A stretch of DNA of 64,000 bases, taken from positions 372,001-436,000 of the forward strand of contig OZ218963.1 in NCBI GenBank assembly GCA_965112735.1. Direction: 5' to 3'. A program made the position numbers and the translations under genes. This DNA is from Phaeosaccion multiseriatum (taxonomy: Eukaryota; Protista; Ochrophyta, other classes). The notes below the pieces were generated by a model. It searched no databases. It was not told where the DNA came from and worked only from the letters and a program-made list of their open reading frames with translations. Numbering within the stretch: position 1 is the stretch's first letter; every line of letters begins with the position of its first letter. Below, one piece after another: positions 1-14,159 of this stretch.

Positions 1-461
1 CTCTTCCTCTTCAAGGAGAGGGCGTCGGAGGGGAGGGGGCTTTTCTTTCCTTCCTTCTTCTCCTATAGGAAATCAACCTAAGAATTACGTATGGGTCGAC
101 TCCAAGAGGAAGGCATGCAGTCATGAGCCTCGCTCGTAGGGAGGAGCTCTCTCTCTCTCTTCTGTAGGCAGAGGGCGGAGGGGCGCTGCTGAGGGACGGC
201 TCCTGCAATCAATCAATCAGCAGGGGTGGTGACGCTTCGCTCTCACGTGGACTTGAGGCGGGACGGCGTGGCCTCATTTACTCAAGGAAAGGAAGTACAC
301 CACTGCAGCCGCCTGCAGACGTCTTATAAAGTGGATATAATGAATTTCAACCACTCCCGACGTTGGTCTAACAACTGAACCTGAAACTGAAGCTATCGTA
401 TAGGCAGCGCAGATGGCACTAGAGGGTGCACATATAATCCTTGGAGGCTTTACACTATATG

Positions 462-3400
462 CTACCGCGGCGTGAAGAGGTCATCGTCCCCGATCACTTC
501 CCGAACCTGCTCCTCGTCTCCCGCCATACTCCCTCGCTTTGACTCCCCCCCTCCTGCCCCTGTCTCTTGCCCATATGCCTCCCCCTCCCCCTCGGCCCCT
601 CGTTCCTCCTCACAGCCCGCAGGCGGCTCCCACTGACTCGCCCCAGTGACATGATTGTACCAAAAGACGAGATTGGTGCTGGGGTCCTTGTAGGCGGCCC
701 AATCTCCATAGTCGACACCACCAGGGCCCTCCCCCTCCCCGAAACCTTCGCCAAAGCCCTCCCCGAAGCCGCCGCCGGACAAGGGCCCAAGCTCCTCGGG
801 CCTCTCCCATTGGAAGTTGTTGGTTTGGTCGTTGTAGTAGAAGATCTTTCCGTCAGGGACAGTGTATTCGATCCACTCGCCTTCCCGCTGTGAGGAGGAG
901 GAGGAGGAGGAGGAGGAGGAGGAGGAGGAGGAGGAGGAGGAGGAGGAGGAAGAGGAGGAGGAGGAGGGGATAGGAGGGGATACGAGTGGAGGGGAGAGGA
1001 GGTCAGGTCCTCAGAAGGAGGGAAATGAGGTGTAGGTGCAGAGGACGCATCAATGATGCACACAGCAGAACAGCAATACATATGGCAGCTGCGAGCCCCG
1101 AGCAACGGGAGAGAGAGAGAGAGAGGAAGGGAGAGAGAGAGAGAGAGGAAGGGAGAGAGAGAGAGAGAGGAAGGGAGAGAGAGAGAGAGGAAGGGAGAGA
1201 GAGAGAGGAAGGGAGAGAGAGAGAGAGAGGAAGGGAGAGAGAGAGAGAGAGAGAGAGGAAGGGAGAGAGAGAGAGAGAGAGAGAGGAAGGGAGAGAGAGA
1301 GAGAGGAAGGGAGAGAGAGAGAGAGAGGAAGGGAGAGAGAGAGAGAGGAAGGGAGAGAGAGAGAGAGAGGAAGGGAGAGAGTCTGGTGCATCCAGCTTGC
1401 ACCAGCCCTGGCCAAAACACTCCGCCTGTGCATGGCGACCTATGACAGTCACACTCAAAAGTAACGCCCAAGTCCAAAAAACCCCTTCCTCCAAGTCAGT
1501 CAGTCAGTCAGTCAGTCACCTTGAGCCGCATGGAGGCATTGCCGAGGCCTTTGCCGGCGGCTCCGAGCTTGCCCTCCGCCTGCTGCCGCTGCAGTGCCCC
1601 GACCTCAGCCGGTTTGGCCCATTGAGAGGTGTCCTGAACGTGATTGTACCAGAACACGCTACTGCCCCCCGTGCCACCATCATCATCATCATCATCACCA
1701 TCACCACCCAACCCCACCCCGACCTCGTTGCGGAAACCCTCTTCTCCTCCGGCGGCGGCGGAGGTGGCGTTTTGGTCTTCGTATGCGATCCAATCGCCCC
1801 AATGCTGCAGCCGCATGGACTTACCACGCTTTAAGGACCACTGAGACTTTTGCTTCTTGAGGAAGACTTGTTGCTCTCCCTCGCTGCTGCTGCTGCTACT
1901 GCCGCTGCCCGCGTTGCTCTCCTGCTCATTCTCCTTCTCTGACCCCGCTCCTCCTGCCTCTGTATCACCAACTCCCCCCCCTGTGACCTTCTTGAGCATC
2001 TCCTTGCATCGCTTGTGCCCCTCCAACGAGGCCAAGAAGAGCACGGAGTCGAAGTACGAGTTGTCGACGGCGTGGTGTAGTTGGTACTCCGCCAGAACCT
2101 TTTCACACGCCGAGTGGCCCCTCCTCGCCGCCAAGTCAATCGGCCTCAGATTCTTGGTGTTCCTCGCATCCGGCGTCGTCCCGTACTGCAGCAAGAGCAG
2201 CAAGCAAGCCGTGCTTCCGTTGCACGCCGCCGCATGAAGCGGGGTGTCGCCTCTCCGATCGGGCTGACTAAGGTCCTGCCCTTCCGAGTCAAGCAACTCA
2301 CACAAGAACTCGGCAATAGGCACGCGGTTAGTTGCGCAGGCAATAAAGAGCGGCGTGCGATGGTCAGAGTCGAGTTGATTGAGGTCGGCCCCGGCCAACA
2401 ACAACACCTCCAGCACCTCTCGGTTCTTGGCAAGGTGGGCCGGACTCATGCCCGCTGCGTTGCGCGGCTCCACGTCTACACAGCCCAAGTCAATGAGGAT
2501 CTTCACGCAGCTCGCCGACCCCGCGGACGCCGCTGCGTGTATGGGGTAGTCACAGTTGGCGTCAGGCTGACTACAACACACCGAGCCAGACCCGGCCGTG
2601 GCGTGAGTGATGAGGAGCCGCGCACATGGACCTTGTGCGTTGGCGCAGGCGTAGAAGAGGGGGGAGCGTTGCGCCTGGTCCAGCGACGTCAGCAGAGAGG
2701 GCCTCGCACCTGAGATGGCCTCAAGACAAGCAAGGTGGCCCATGGCTGCGGCGTAGTGGCACACGGGCAGCTCTCCGGACCTGTGCGCCGCGCACTCCTC
2801 GCAGAGCCCGCTCTCCGTCCCCAACGGCTGCTGCTGCTCGCCCCCCCCCTCCTCCTCCTCCTCCTCCTCCTGCTGCTGCTGCTGCTGCTGCTGCTGTTCT
2901 TCCCCAATCGTCTGCTCCCCCGCGTCGTCGCCCTCTGTGATCGCATCCGGTACGTGCAGCGTCCCTCCTGCCGCCGCCTCCCCATTGAGAACCTCGAACA
3001 GCGACTGGGAGCTCGCCACGAGATGAAGGCGCTTACCCTCCCCCCACTCACCGTCCTCCCCACCCGCACCCCCGAATCCAGCTCCCACACCCCCGAACTC
3101 GGCTGCCTCCTCCGCTTCTTCATTGCCATAATCTTCATAGTCGCCCACGTACTGAAAGGCGGAGTAGTCGTAGTTGTCATCATACGCACCGTCTCCTCCC
3201 TCTTCGCCATAGTAGGGCATTGGATCGTACTGCTGCTGTTGCTGCTGCTCCTGCTGCTGCTGCTCGATTAGCGCCTGGCTCTCCTCCAGCTCTCTCTGCA
3301 GCTGCTCTCTCCTCTCTTTGAGCTCTCTGGCCTGCGTTTCCATCTCTGCAATGGCCTCTGCCTCCGCCTTCATCTTCTCCTCCACCCTGCCGTAAGTCAA

Positions 3401-6400
3401 TGAGTAGCAGGTCAGTCAGTCAGTCAGGAAGTCAATCAGTCAGTCAGTCAGTCAGTCACTCACTCACTCACTCACTCACTCGCTCACTCACTCACTCACT
3501 CACTCACTCACTCATTCACTCACTCACTCACTCCCTCACTCACTCACTCACTCACTCACTCACTCACTCACTCACTCACTCACTCCCTCACTCCCTCACT
3601 CACTCACTCACTCCCTCACTCCCTCACTCACTCACTCACTCACTCACTCACTCACTCACTCACTCACTCACTCACTCACTCCCTCACTCACTCACTCACT
3701 CCCTCACTCACTCACTCCCTCACTCACTCACTCACTCACTCACTCACTCACTCACTCACTCACTCACTCACTCACTCCCTCACTCACTCACTCACTCCCT
3801 CACTCCCTCACTCACTCACTCACTCACTCACCTGCGCTTGGCCTCCTCACTCATGCGCGAGAGCTCTGCCTCCTCCTGCTTCATCTTACACTCTAGCTCT
3901 TGCCGTTTCACCTCCATGGCGCCGCTCTGTGTCGGAGACAGGAGGGGGTGAGGAGGGGGGGAGGGAGAGGGGAGGGAGGAGAGCGCATGGAAGTGCATGA
4001 TGTGCAGCGGAGGGGGCGGCTGTAAGTCCTCCCGACGACTTCTTTTCCCGATATGAAGACCCTTCCGTACCCTCTCCCTCTCTTTCGCTCTTCATCAACC
4101 TCAACTCACTCCCCTCCTCTCCCCCCCTCTCCCCTCCCCTCCCCTCCTCTCCTCTCCCCTCCTCTCCCCTCCTCACCTATCTCTCCTCCTCCCCACCCTC
4201 CTCACCTGCTTCTGCAGCTCCTCCGTCTTTCCCTTCTCCATCTCTGCAATGGCGGCCGCCTCCGCCTTCATCTTCTCCTCCACCCTCCGCTTGGCCTCCT
4301 CACTGAGCTTGAGCATCTCTTTCTCCTCCTGTTTCACTTTGGCCTCCAGTGCCTCTCTGGTCTCCTTCTCCTGCTGCGCAATCTTCTTCATTTGCTCCTC
4401 TAACAACGCTTTCTTCTCCACCCCCTGCTTCCTCACATCCTCTTCCATCTGCAGGCGCTTAGAGGCCATGTCATTCGCTTGCTTTTGCATCTCAAGGAGG
4501 GCTTGCTGCTCTTGCAAGAGCTTCGCCTCCGCCTCCACCTGGGCCTCTGCATTCATGGCCTTGGCCTGCAAGCGGGTGGGTAGTAAGTCAATGGGTGGGT
4601 GTTTGGGTGGGTGGGTGCGTGCGTGGGTGGGTGAGTGCGTGGGTGCGTGAGTGCGTGGGTACGTGGGCGTGTCAGTAGAGGGAGACAGGGCGACTCTTTC
4701 TGTCCACTCCTTCCTTCTCCCTCCCTTCCTCGCTCCCTCCCTCCCTCCCTCCCTGCGGCCTGCTCATCTCTCTCTTCACCCACGCACGCACACATGCACG
4801 CACGCAGGTACACACTCCTCACCTCGACCTTCTTCTTGGCATTGCTGGTGAGCTCATTCATCTTCTCCGCCTCAGACTTGAGCCGGGCCTCCATCTCCTG
4901 CCTCTTACGCACCAGCTCCTCCTTCTTGTTTCTTCTCTTTCGCAGCTTCGCCTCCTGCTGCTCCTCGAGGGACAGCCCACCCCCTGCCCCTCCTCCAGCC
5001 TGTCCACCCCCCGCTCCTCCGCCTGCTGCGGCTGCTGCGGAGGCTGCTGCGTCTGCCCGCTTGGCTTCCGCCTCCACTCTCCGGCGCTTTGCCTCGTCCA
5101 CTGCCGCCATTGCTCTGAGAATCTCGCTTCCTTCCTTCGCTGCCGCAGTAGCAGCAGCAACCCCCGCCCCCCCTCCGGCTCCATCCCCTCCTCCTGCTGC
5201 TGCTCCTCCACCTCCTCCATCCCCCTCTCCTCCTCCTCCTCTTCCTCCTGCTCCTCCTCCTCTTTCTCCTTCTCCTCCTTCTCCTCCTTCTCCTCCTCCT
5301 TCTCCTCCTCCTCCTCCTCCTCCTCCTCCTCCTCCTCCTCCTCCTCCTCCGCCTTCTTCTCTTCCCACTCTGTCCCCCTCCTTACTACTTGCTGCTGCTC
5401 CTTCCCCCCCTAGTTTGGCAGCCGCCATCTCAGCTGCCTTTCGGGCGTCTGCCACCCGTCTGGCCTTGACCTTTTGGCGTGCCTCCCTCTGCTGCCTTAG
5501 TGCAGCCTCAGCCTCTAACCGACGCTGAATAGCCCCCTCCGCCCCCGTCAACACAGCCTGAAGCTGCTCCTTCTCTTGCTCGGTTTCTGTCACCTCCTCC
5601 AGGCGTTTCCGCAGCTTCTCTCGTGCGCCCTCCTCCTTCTCCCCTGAAGGAACAAGAAAACAGATGAGAGAGTCGAGAGCAGCGAGTTAGTGTGTCGCAC
5701 TCACTCTCTGTAAGTTTGTCTCACTCTCTGTAACTGTAAGTGTGTCTCACTCTCTGGAAGTGTCTCTCTCTCTGTAAGTGTGTCTCACTCTCTGTAAGTG
5801 TCTCTCTCTCTGTAAGTGTGTCTCACTCTCTGTAAGTGTCTCTCTCTCTGTAAGTGTCTCTCTCTCTCTGTCCGTGTGTGTACGCGTGTGTGTGTGTGCG
5901 CACGCGAGGATGCAGCATGTGTCTCTCTCTCTCTCTGTTTCGTGTGCGTATGTGTGCGTGTGTGCGTGTGTGTGCGTGTGTGTGCGTGTGTGTGCATCCA
6001 GTGTACTGCTGCATGTCAGCTCACATATATCCGTACCTGCCGTTTCCATCTCGGAGAGCTTGCCGGCCTCCATCACTTCCCTCTCCACGCGAAGCTTCGT
6101 AACCGTATCGCGGGCCTAATACGCAGGTGGGGCACAGACAATACGGGGGTTAAAAGAGTGGAACGAGATATACACACATGTAAGGAGAGAGGGATGGAGA
6201 GGGAGGGAGGGAGGGAGGGAGGGAGGGAGGGAGGGAGGGAGGGAGGGAGGGAGGGAGGGAGGGAGGGAGGGAGGGAGGGAGGGAGGGAGGGAGGGAGGGA
6301 GGGAGGGAGGGAGGGAGGGAGGGAGGGAGGGAGGGAGGGAGGGAGGGAGGGAGGGAGGGAGGGAGGGAGGGAGGGAGGGAGGGAGGGAGGGAGGGAGGGA

Positions 6401-6800
6401 GGGAGGGAGGGAGGGAGGGAGGGAGGGAGGGAGGGAGGGAGGGAGGGAGGGAGGGAGGGAGGGAGGGAGGGAGGGAGGGAGGGAGGGAGGGAGGGAGGGA
6501 GGGAGGGAGGGAGGGAGGGAGGGAGGGAGGGAGGGAGGGAGGGAGGGAGGGAGGGAGGGAGGGAGGGAGGGAGGGAGGGAGGGAGGGAGGGAGGGAGGGA
6601 GGGAGGGAGGGACGGAGGGAGGGACGGAGGGAGGGAGGGAGGGAGGGAGGGACGGAGGGAGGGAGGGAGAGATTGAAGAGAGGGAGATAGGGAGAGGGAA
6701 CGAATGGAGTATGGAGTCGTGCTACAGGTAGACGACATGGTCCACCGATGTATCTCCATCTACTCGCCAGAAGACGAAAGGCAAGGGAACCAGCCACGTA

Positions 6801-6839
<39 letters not shown>

Positions 6840-7590
6840 AACTCACTTCTGCTCGGCGCCGCTTCTCCTCGTCGAGACTCTGTTTCGCCTCCTCCACCCT
6901 CCGCTCCACCGCCTGCACCATATCTCCCTCCACGCCCTGCTCCTTGGCTGCCTCAGCTGCCGCCACAGCCCCCTCTAGCGTCTCCTGCTTCTTCTTCTCC
7001 AAGGCTGCGCGCGCCTTCTCCTCCGTCTCCGCCGCCTCCAGGCCCTCCCCGCCCCTCTCCAGGGCCTGCTGCATTTGCTTGCGCTTCAATGCCGCCTCCT
7101 GGGCCTCCACCATGGCCGCTAGCATGGACGCTCCCTGCGTCTGACGCCGAGAGATCTCATGGATTGTCTCTTTGGCCGCGGCGGAAGCCCTGGCCTCCTC
7201 CTTCCGCGCCTGCGCCACCGCCCTCTGAGGGAGTGCGCGACTCCCCGGCGCAGGCCCTACTCCTGGCAGCGTCGCCCCTCCTCCGGCGGTAGATGTTGAT
7301 ACCTTCACGGCCGTGGGGAAGCCGGGCGGTGGGCCTGCCGGTAAACGGGGTCGGACACCGGCAGGGAGCACACGACCTGTGCCTCCCCTCGACAGCGTCG
7401 GCTTGGAGCCCAAGCTGGAAGGAGGAACGTTTCCCACCAGACTCGGCACGCTCCGGATACTCGGCATCGCCGCTGCTCCAGGCCCTCCCCTTGCTGCCGC
7501 CGCTGCCGTTGCTGCTGCCGCGTCCGCTGGCGAGGGCGGGCCCCCTTTGGCAGCAGCAGCCCCAGTGGGCGGTGCCACGGCGGACGCCAT
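462..7590 (-). CDS. Large multi-exon protein: low-complexity N-terminus, long coiled coil, ankyrin repeats, three C-terminal WW domains
   Basis: ATG at 7590. Approximate exons 7590-6847, ~6115-6037, ~5644-4824, ~4566-4206, ~3937-3832, ~3387-1520, ~888-462, with GT..AG boundaries. Ankyrin motifs [35 protein letters not shown] motifs [80 protein letters not shown]. Confidence 0.8.
3410..3831. repeat. (CTCA)n/(GTCA)n intronic microsatellite continuing the GTGAGT donor
   Basis: On the minus strand the intron reads GTGAGTGAGTGAG.. and then (GACT)n just before the acceptor. Confidence 0.95.
6198..6670. repeat. (GGGA)n intronic microsatellite, representative of many SSR tracts in the window
   Basis: About 470 bp of near-perfect tetranucleotide repeat, reading (CCCT)n on the sense strand of the host gene. 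Confidence 0.95.
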
Positions 7591-7996
7591 AGTAGTGTCA
7601 GCTTACGAAGCGATCTCTCGCGGAGGGCTGGACTCGTCCTGGTCCTCTCTGCTGGTGCTGGGCTTGCCTGACTTGTCCTCCATTTCCCTCTTGTAAGCTC
7701 TTTTGCCCCTCCCTCGCCTCGACATTTTTGTCCGACGCCTGTAACCGCGTGGGGCCGCTCACATGGAGGCATATGGGCAGGGATTTCGTCTCGGCGGTTG
7801 AGAATCCTGATCCTGGCTTTTATCTCTCCTTGCTCGGGAAGAAAGAATTCCTGTACTCCGGCTGGTGAACGGTGCAGGGCAGCAGCAGCAGAAGGAGGAG
7901 GAGGACGAGGAGAAGGAGAAGCACCGTGCACTGTGCGCAGGGATGGTGTAGCCAAGGACTAGGACTGGGGGCGGCGCTTCATCACAAGACGTGACG

Positions 7997-8945
7997 ATGG
8001 TGCTGGGAGACTTTAGCTGCCGTGCCATCGACTTGCTCTCCCGCAACGAGAGCAAAGAGGACGATGCCACGTTTCGGTCCGTGGAGCTGCAAACCAACGA
8101 GGTCGATCTTTACGACGAGGAAACACAGACTTTAGGGAGCCACATTACATGCGGTGAGTGAGCTGGTGCACGGAGGCGAAGAAGCTTACTTTAGCAACAT
8201 CCACTCGCTCGCTAGCATCGTTTCTCTGGCTGCCTGGATGTCTGTCTGTCGCGCTTCTCTGCGCCTCTTCGTTGCCAGCAAATCAAGCAGATATTGGTCC
8301 TATTTTGACTCTTCCGTCCCACCCCTCTCCCACACTGCTTCTAGCAACACAAACTGGGGACATAAAGGCGAGCAGCAAAGCTCGAACATCCTCCTCGTCC
8401 ACTTCTACTTCCACTGCGTCGGGAGGTGAAGAAAAAGAAGACGGAGGGGAAGGGGAAGGGAAAGAACGTGGCGAAGAGGCCAAGCACAATGAGCGCCAAC
8501 AACAAGAAGAAGACGTTTTGGGAGGATTTGATAGATGGGACCATCCCCCAAAGGGCCTCGCGCGCTTCTTGGAGACGGCAGGGACCACCATGCTAAGAGA
8601 GCTTGAAGCCAACTCGGAGAGCCGGGCCTTCGAAGACTATGACCCTATTCAGCGGCAGGGCCGTGGGGGGGGGGGAGGGACGGGGGGGGAAGCTGGAGTG
8701 GAGCTCCGGTATTCACTGGACTGCGACTTGTCTGACCTGCTCCAGGCCTCTGCAGTGGGCAATACAGACCGAGCTTCGGACGGCTTGCAGTGTACGGGGC
8801 TTGCCTGGAACGCCACCGGCTCTTCGGTAAGTGGGTGTGCATGTGTATGTGTGTTTGTGTGTGTGTGCGTCTGTGTGTGTGTGTGTGTGTGTGTGCATGT
8901 GCATGTATGTGTGTGTGTGCGTGTGTGTGTGTGCATGTGTATGTA

Positions 8946-8986
<41 letters not shown>

Positions 8987-9491
8987 GTGAATATGTGTGT
9001 GTGTGCGTGTGTGCGTGTGCATGTGTATGTGTTGCCGCGATGTGAGATGTCAGACCGTGCCCATCCGTCGCCAGGATGATCGAGTCATTCCTTTCCTCTC
9101 TCTTTGTCTGTCCCTCCAACCCGATCCACCTCGTATCGAGTGTCTCCCACTTATTTCTTCTTCCTCTCTCGTGCTCATTGCTCCTTACCCAAGGGAGGGA
9201 GCCCCTTCCAATGATGTCGAGCCATCACACACATCACCCAACCCTCCAACTTGACATATCGACAACACCCACCCCAACTCTCTCCTTCTCCTCCTCCTTC
9301 TCCTCCTCCTCCTCCTCCTCCTCCTCCTCCTCCTCCGCCTCCTCCTCCTCCGCCTCCTCCTCCTCCTCCTCCTCCTCCTCCTCCTCCTCCTCCTCCTCCT
9401 CCTCCTCCTCCTCCTCCTCCTCCTCCTCCTCCTCCTCCTCCTCCTCCTCCTCCTCCTCCTCCTCCTCCTCCTCCTCCTCCTCCTCCTCCTC

Positions 9492-9551
<60 letters not shown>

Positions 9552-12150
9552 ACTGTCCATGGTCCCTTGCTGTCTGTCTGTCCTCTGCGCCCACTTTCGG
9601 ACGTCCTCTCCTCCCCCCCCCCAACCCCTCAAGGTGATGGCCTCCTTCGGCCGCTTTGACATCACGGGATGGTGTGACGTACCCGGCGCTCTGGCCACTT
9701 GGAACATCTTTCGCAGGGGTTTCGACCCGTCCACCCCTGGGAAAGCCAAACCTGACGTGCTATTGGACCACTCCTCTTGGTGAGGGATGCACGGGAGGGG
9801 CGGGGAGAGAAGGAGAGAAGGAGGGACGGAGAGGGAGAGGGAGAGGGATTGTAGAAGGTCACATACTCTTCACTCTCTCTCTCTCTCACTCTCTGTGTTG
9901 TTTGTGTGTCCCTCCCCCCCTCCCCTCTCTCTCTCTCTCCAATGTAAAGTTTGATGTGCGTGGCGTGTCACCCCGTCCGCCCTGCCCTTGTATGCGCGGG
10001 ATCGTTCAACGGGGAGGTACTCGTGTGGGACCTGGCAAGGGAGGAGCCCCTCATCGCCTCCAGTAAGATTGACGACTTCTTCCATCGGGAGCCGGTGGGG
10101 CAGGTGGTGTGGGTATACAGCACCAAGGAGGAGGTGAGGGAGGGAGGGAGGGAGGGAGGGAGGGAGGGAGGGAGGGAGGGAGGGAGGGAGGGAGGGAGGG
10201 AGGGAGGGAAGGAGGGAGGGAGGGAGGGAGGGAGGAAGGAAGGGAGGGAGGAAGGGAGGGAGGAAGGGAGGGAGGAAGGGAGGGAGGAAGGGAGGGAGGG
10301 AGGGAGGGAGGGAGGGAGGGAGGGAGGGAGGGAGGGAGGGAGGCAGGGAGGGAGGGAGGGAGGGAGGGAGGCAGGGAGGGAGGAAGGAAGGGAGGGAGGA
10401 AGGGAGGGAGGGAGGGAGGGAGGGAAGGAGGGAGGGAGGGAGGGACTCGCTCTCTAGCTTACTCACTCACTCACTCACTCACTATGTCAGGTCCTACTAC
10501 TGCCTTGGCCGCTCCTCCCTCTCCTCTTTCTCCTCCTGCCCACCTAATCTATTCACCTTCTCCCCTCTCCCTCCCTGCCCATATGCCTCTGTCCCTCTTT
10601 TGCCATCCCCTTGTCCCTCCGGATGCCTGGTGTCAGGACTATCGCATCGCCAGCGTCTCTGGAGACGGCAAGATCCTTCTGTGGTCCCTCACCAACCTGC
10701 TGGCTTGCCCCATGGAAGGATACCGCCTCACCCCTGGCCGAGGAAGTAGAGGAGGGGCGAATGACAGAGGTGGTGGCAAGGGACGTGCAGGGGCGGTGAT
10801 TGGAGGCACGTCCATCTCAGTGCCCTCCGAGGGGCGACACGTGAGCTCGATCATTGCGGGTGAGTTGGTTGCCCGCTGTAGTCGACAGCGGTGACACCTT
10901 TCAGAGGGGCCAAGTAGCTGGACACGAAACGCACGCTCTTTCTTTCTTTCTCTCCCCTGATGTAATTTGCCTATACGTACCCAGTGCTCGACAGTGTTCC
11001 ATATCGATGCGATATTCGATATTTGACACATCGAGGGTGTTCGATATTTGAAATTGAAATTCAAGTGCCTGCTGACGCTTGACCTTTTCTGCCCCCACAC
11101 ACTTAGGCTCCGAGGGGGGCGCGGTACTGAGGTGCTTTCTTGCCAACAACTGTCGACGAGGTGGAGGGTCCTCATCCACAGCCATCAAGGGTTGGAGTGC
11201 AGATGCATCAGAGCTGCTGTCCAAGGTTGACGGCAAACATCAGGCCAGCGTGAAGAGGGAGGTGGAGCGAAAGGCCAGAGACCAGCGTGTCAAGAAGGTG
11301 AGAGAGGGGAGGAGAGGGGCGGGGAGGGAGGGAGGGAGGGAGGGAGAGAGGGAGGGAAGGAGAGAGAGGGGGGGGGGACGGACGGAAAGATCGACACACA
11401 GATGGAAAGGCAATACAAACGGGCGCGTGGGCCTATTCAACACCGCTCACTTGCAATTGGCATCCCCTCACTTCACTTCACCGACCCGCAACCAATCCTT
11501 CCTTCAACGTGTCCATTTGTTGGACCGAACAACCAACAGGTGGACCTCGCGCTGGTGTACGCCGCCAAGCCGGACCCCTGCCTGCTCTTCCCTGCCGCCC
11601 GTGACTTCGGTTTTGAGAAGCACGTGGGGCCTGTCCACTCCGTGGAATGTAGCCCTTTCCACAGAGCCATCTTCCTCACGTCGGGGGCAGACGGGACAGC
11701 AAGAGTACACACCACGCTGCAGGTGCGTGTGTGCGTGTGTGCGTGTGTGCGAGTGGGGGTGGGTGGCTGGGTGTGTGTGTGGGCGCGTGAGTGTGTGTAT
11801 GGGTGGGTCGTGGCTGGCTTTGCTCTGACCCTGACCCTGACCCTGACCCTGACCCTGACCCTGACCCTGACCCTGACCCTGACCCTGACCCTGACCCTGA
11901 CCCTGACCCTGACCCTGACCCTGACCCTGACTCTGACCCTGACCCTGACCCTGACCCTGACCCTGACCCTGACCCTGGCCCTGACCCTGACCCTGACCCT
12001 GGCCCTGACCGTGACCCTGACCCTGACCCTGACCCTGACCCTGACCCTGACCCTGACCCTGATCCCAACCTTGATCCTGATCCCTGACTGACCCTGGCCC
12101 TGACCTGACTGACTCTCACCCCTGGCCCTGACCCTCACCCTCACCCTCAC

Positions 12151-12193
<43 letters not shown>

Positions 12194-12901
12194 CCGCACC
12201 CTCACCCCCACCTTCACCCTCACTCTCACTCTCACCCTCACCCTCACCCTCACCCCCACCCCCTCCCTTGTCCTCGGCACCGACCACCCCGTTCATCACT
12301 ACGAACCCGCTCCTCCCCTCCCCAGTCCAAGGCGCTCATCACGTTGGACCCCTCGAGTCACCTCATGGCTGCACACTGGAGTAAGACTCGTCCTCTCGTC
12401 TTCGCAGCTGCCGCCGGAGACGGTACCGTTCACATGTACGACCTCGCCGAGAGCACTTCTCTTCCTGTGGTCAGTCTGGAGCTGCCTGCCTTCGAGACGA
12501 GTACGAGTCAGGGGCGTAGTGGTGGCGGCAAGGGAGGCAGGGCTGGAGGAGGAGGGGCACAGAGGAGGGAAGGGCTGCGAGGAGCGGGGGGCGACGAGGT
12601 GGCCACCTGTGCTCTCGCGTTCAATCCGCGGCAGAGGGACTTTTTGGCGTCCGGGGATGGGGCCGGAAGGGTTCACATTTGGCAGCTAAGTTGGGGCTTG
12701 GCCAATGCCCAAGCAGGGGAAGCAGCGGCCTTGGAGCAGCTCTTTCAGAGCAGTATGGAGCAGGATGGTGGGGGTGAAGCGAGGGGCGGCGAGGGAGGGG
12801 GAGACAGAGACACGGCTGCTGTATCACCAACTGCTGCTGCTGCTCCTCCTCCCGCTGGGGGAGGAGCTGAGCGAGCGGTCCAAGGAAGGAGCCGGGACTG
12901 A
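7997..12901 (+). CDS. WDR34: WD repeat-containing protein 34 / cytoplasmic dynein-2 intermediate chain 2
   Basis: Spliced translation has FLETAGTTMLRELEANSESRAFEDY, CTGLAWNATGSSV-MASFGRFDITGW, CLMCVACHPVRPALVCAGSFNGEVLVWDL, HREPVGQVVW, HVGPVHSVECSPFHRAIFLTSGADG, WSKTRPLVFAAA. These match the WDR34/DYNC2I2 pattern. About 9 exons. Confidence 0.88.
11825..12260 (+). repeat. Intronic hexamer array (CCCTGA)n grading into (CCCTCA)n
   Basis: Directly visible in the last WDR34 intron, ending about 60 nt before the acceptor. Confidence 0.95.
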
Positions 12902-13512
12902 GGGTTGCTCATTTTTCTTTAGTTTATTGAAGACATGAAAGTAATGATCATGTCTCCCCGCCTACCGAAGGGTGAGGTGAGGTGCCTTCAGCCACGGAAG
13001 GAGCACTCCCGTTGCTGACGAGCATCCCACCCGCACCCTGCGTGCATTATACGTATGTTAACTATATACGTATGTTGACTATTTAGTACATGCGTATGTC
13101 TATTTAGCACATACCTATGTCGACTTTTTAGTACCACATAGCGCACGCAAAGGTGGAGATAGGGGCTAACCCCTCAGATAAGGGCTAACCGCTCGTGTTC
13201 CGACAGACCGAGGTGGGTCCCTCCAAAGGTTCAAAGGCTCGAGGCAGCTCTTGGAAGCAAGGAAGCCTCACCCCGAAGCACGAGAGATGTAGAACAGCGG
13301 TTACAGCGGTTACAAGCGCAGCCTCTGAAGCGACACATGTCCTCGTCTACTTTGTCCGTTTCCATGCATCTCTCTCTCTCTCACTCCCTCCGACACCCCG
13401 CCCCTCGTAAGGAGCAAGGAAAGAAGCCTAGCCCAGCGAAACCAAGCGAGGCCAAGAAGCAACAACAAGCAACAAGCGAAGCGAAGCAATCGCTCGCTCG
13501 CTCACCCTGCCC

Positions 13513-14095
13513 TCACTCGTCTCCCCTGCCTCCTCCCATGCCAAGCATATGGAAGAGCATCAACCCCCCTGTGACGCTCACATTGAGGGAGTCCACTGCA
13601 GCGCTCGTCTGTGCTGTGGAGGCCCTATTGGACGCTCCTTCTGCAGAGGCGGCGACCGCTCCTTCGTCCACAAACGCCCCGGGGATCTTGACGAGGACAC
13701 TGCACTCGCGCATCACGTTGGTGCGCATGCCGTAGCCCTGAAGAGGGGCAAGAGAGGGAATGGGCATCAGTGGGCATCAGTGGGCATCAGTGGGCATCAG
13801 TATCATTATCATCATTGGGCATCAGTGGGCATCAGTATCATTATCATCATTGGGCATCAGTGGGCATCAGAGTGGAGGGGTGTGTGTCCCCAGCGAAGGG
13901 GGGGAGGACGGGCCGTGTGAGGAGGCGGTTTTCAGTTTCAGTTTTCACATTGAACACCATATCGAAGTGAGGGCGCTCTCGAGAATGGCGCGTACGTCAG
14001 TGGGAGCTTGGTTGGCCCGTTGCATGGAGAAGGTGGAGCAGAGCAGGAGCAGGATCAGGAGGTCGACCAGGACAAGAACTGCCAGCCCCACGCAT

Positions 14096-14159
<64 letters not shown>

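Noticed and set aside
986-6797. Long ORFs such as poly-ER, poly-SL, (GREG)n, (PSLP)n, (THSL)n here and throughout the window
   Set aside because: They are stop-free translations of intronic microsatellites or antisense shadows of real exons.
11825-12260. Interstitial telomere or chromosome fusion site
   Set aside because: Units are CCCTGA/CCCTCA rather than CCCTAA-type, are not head-to-head, and follow the same sense-strand polarity as other intronic SSRs. The organism's telomere repeat is unknown.
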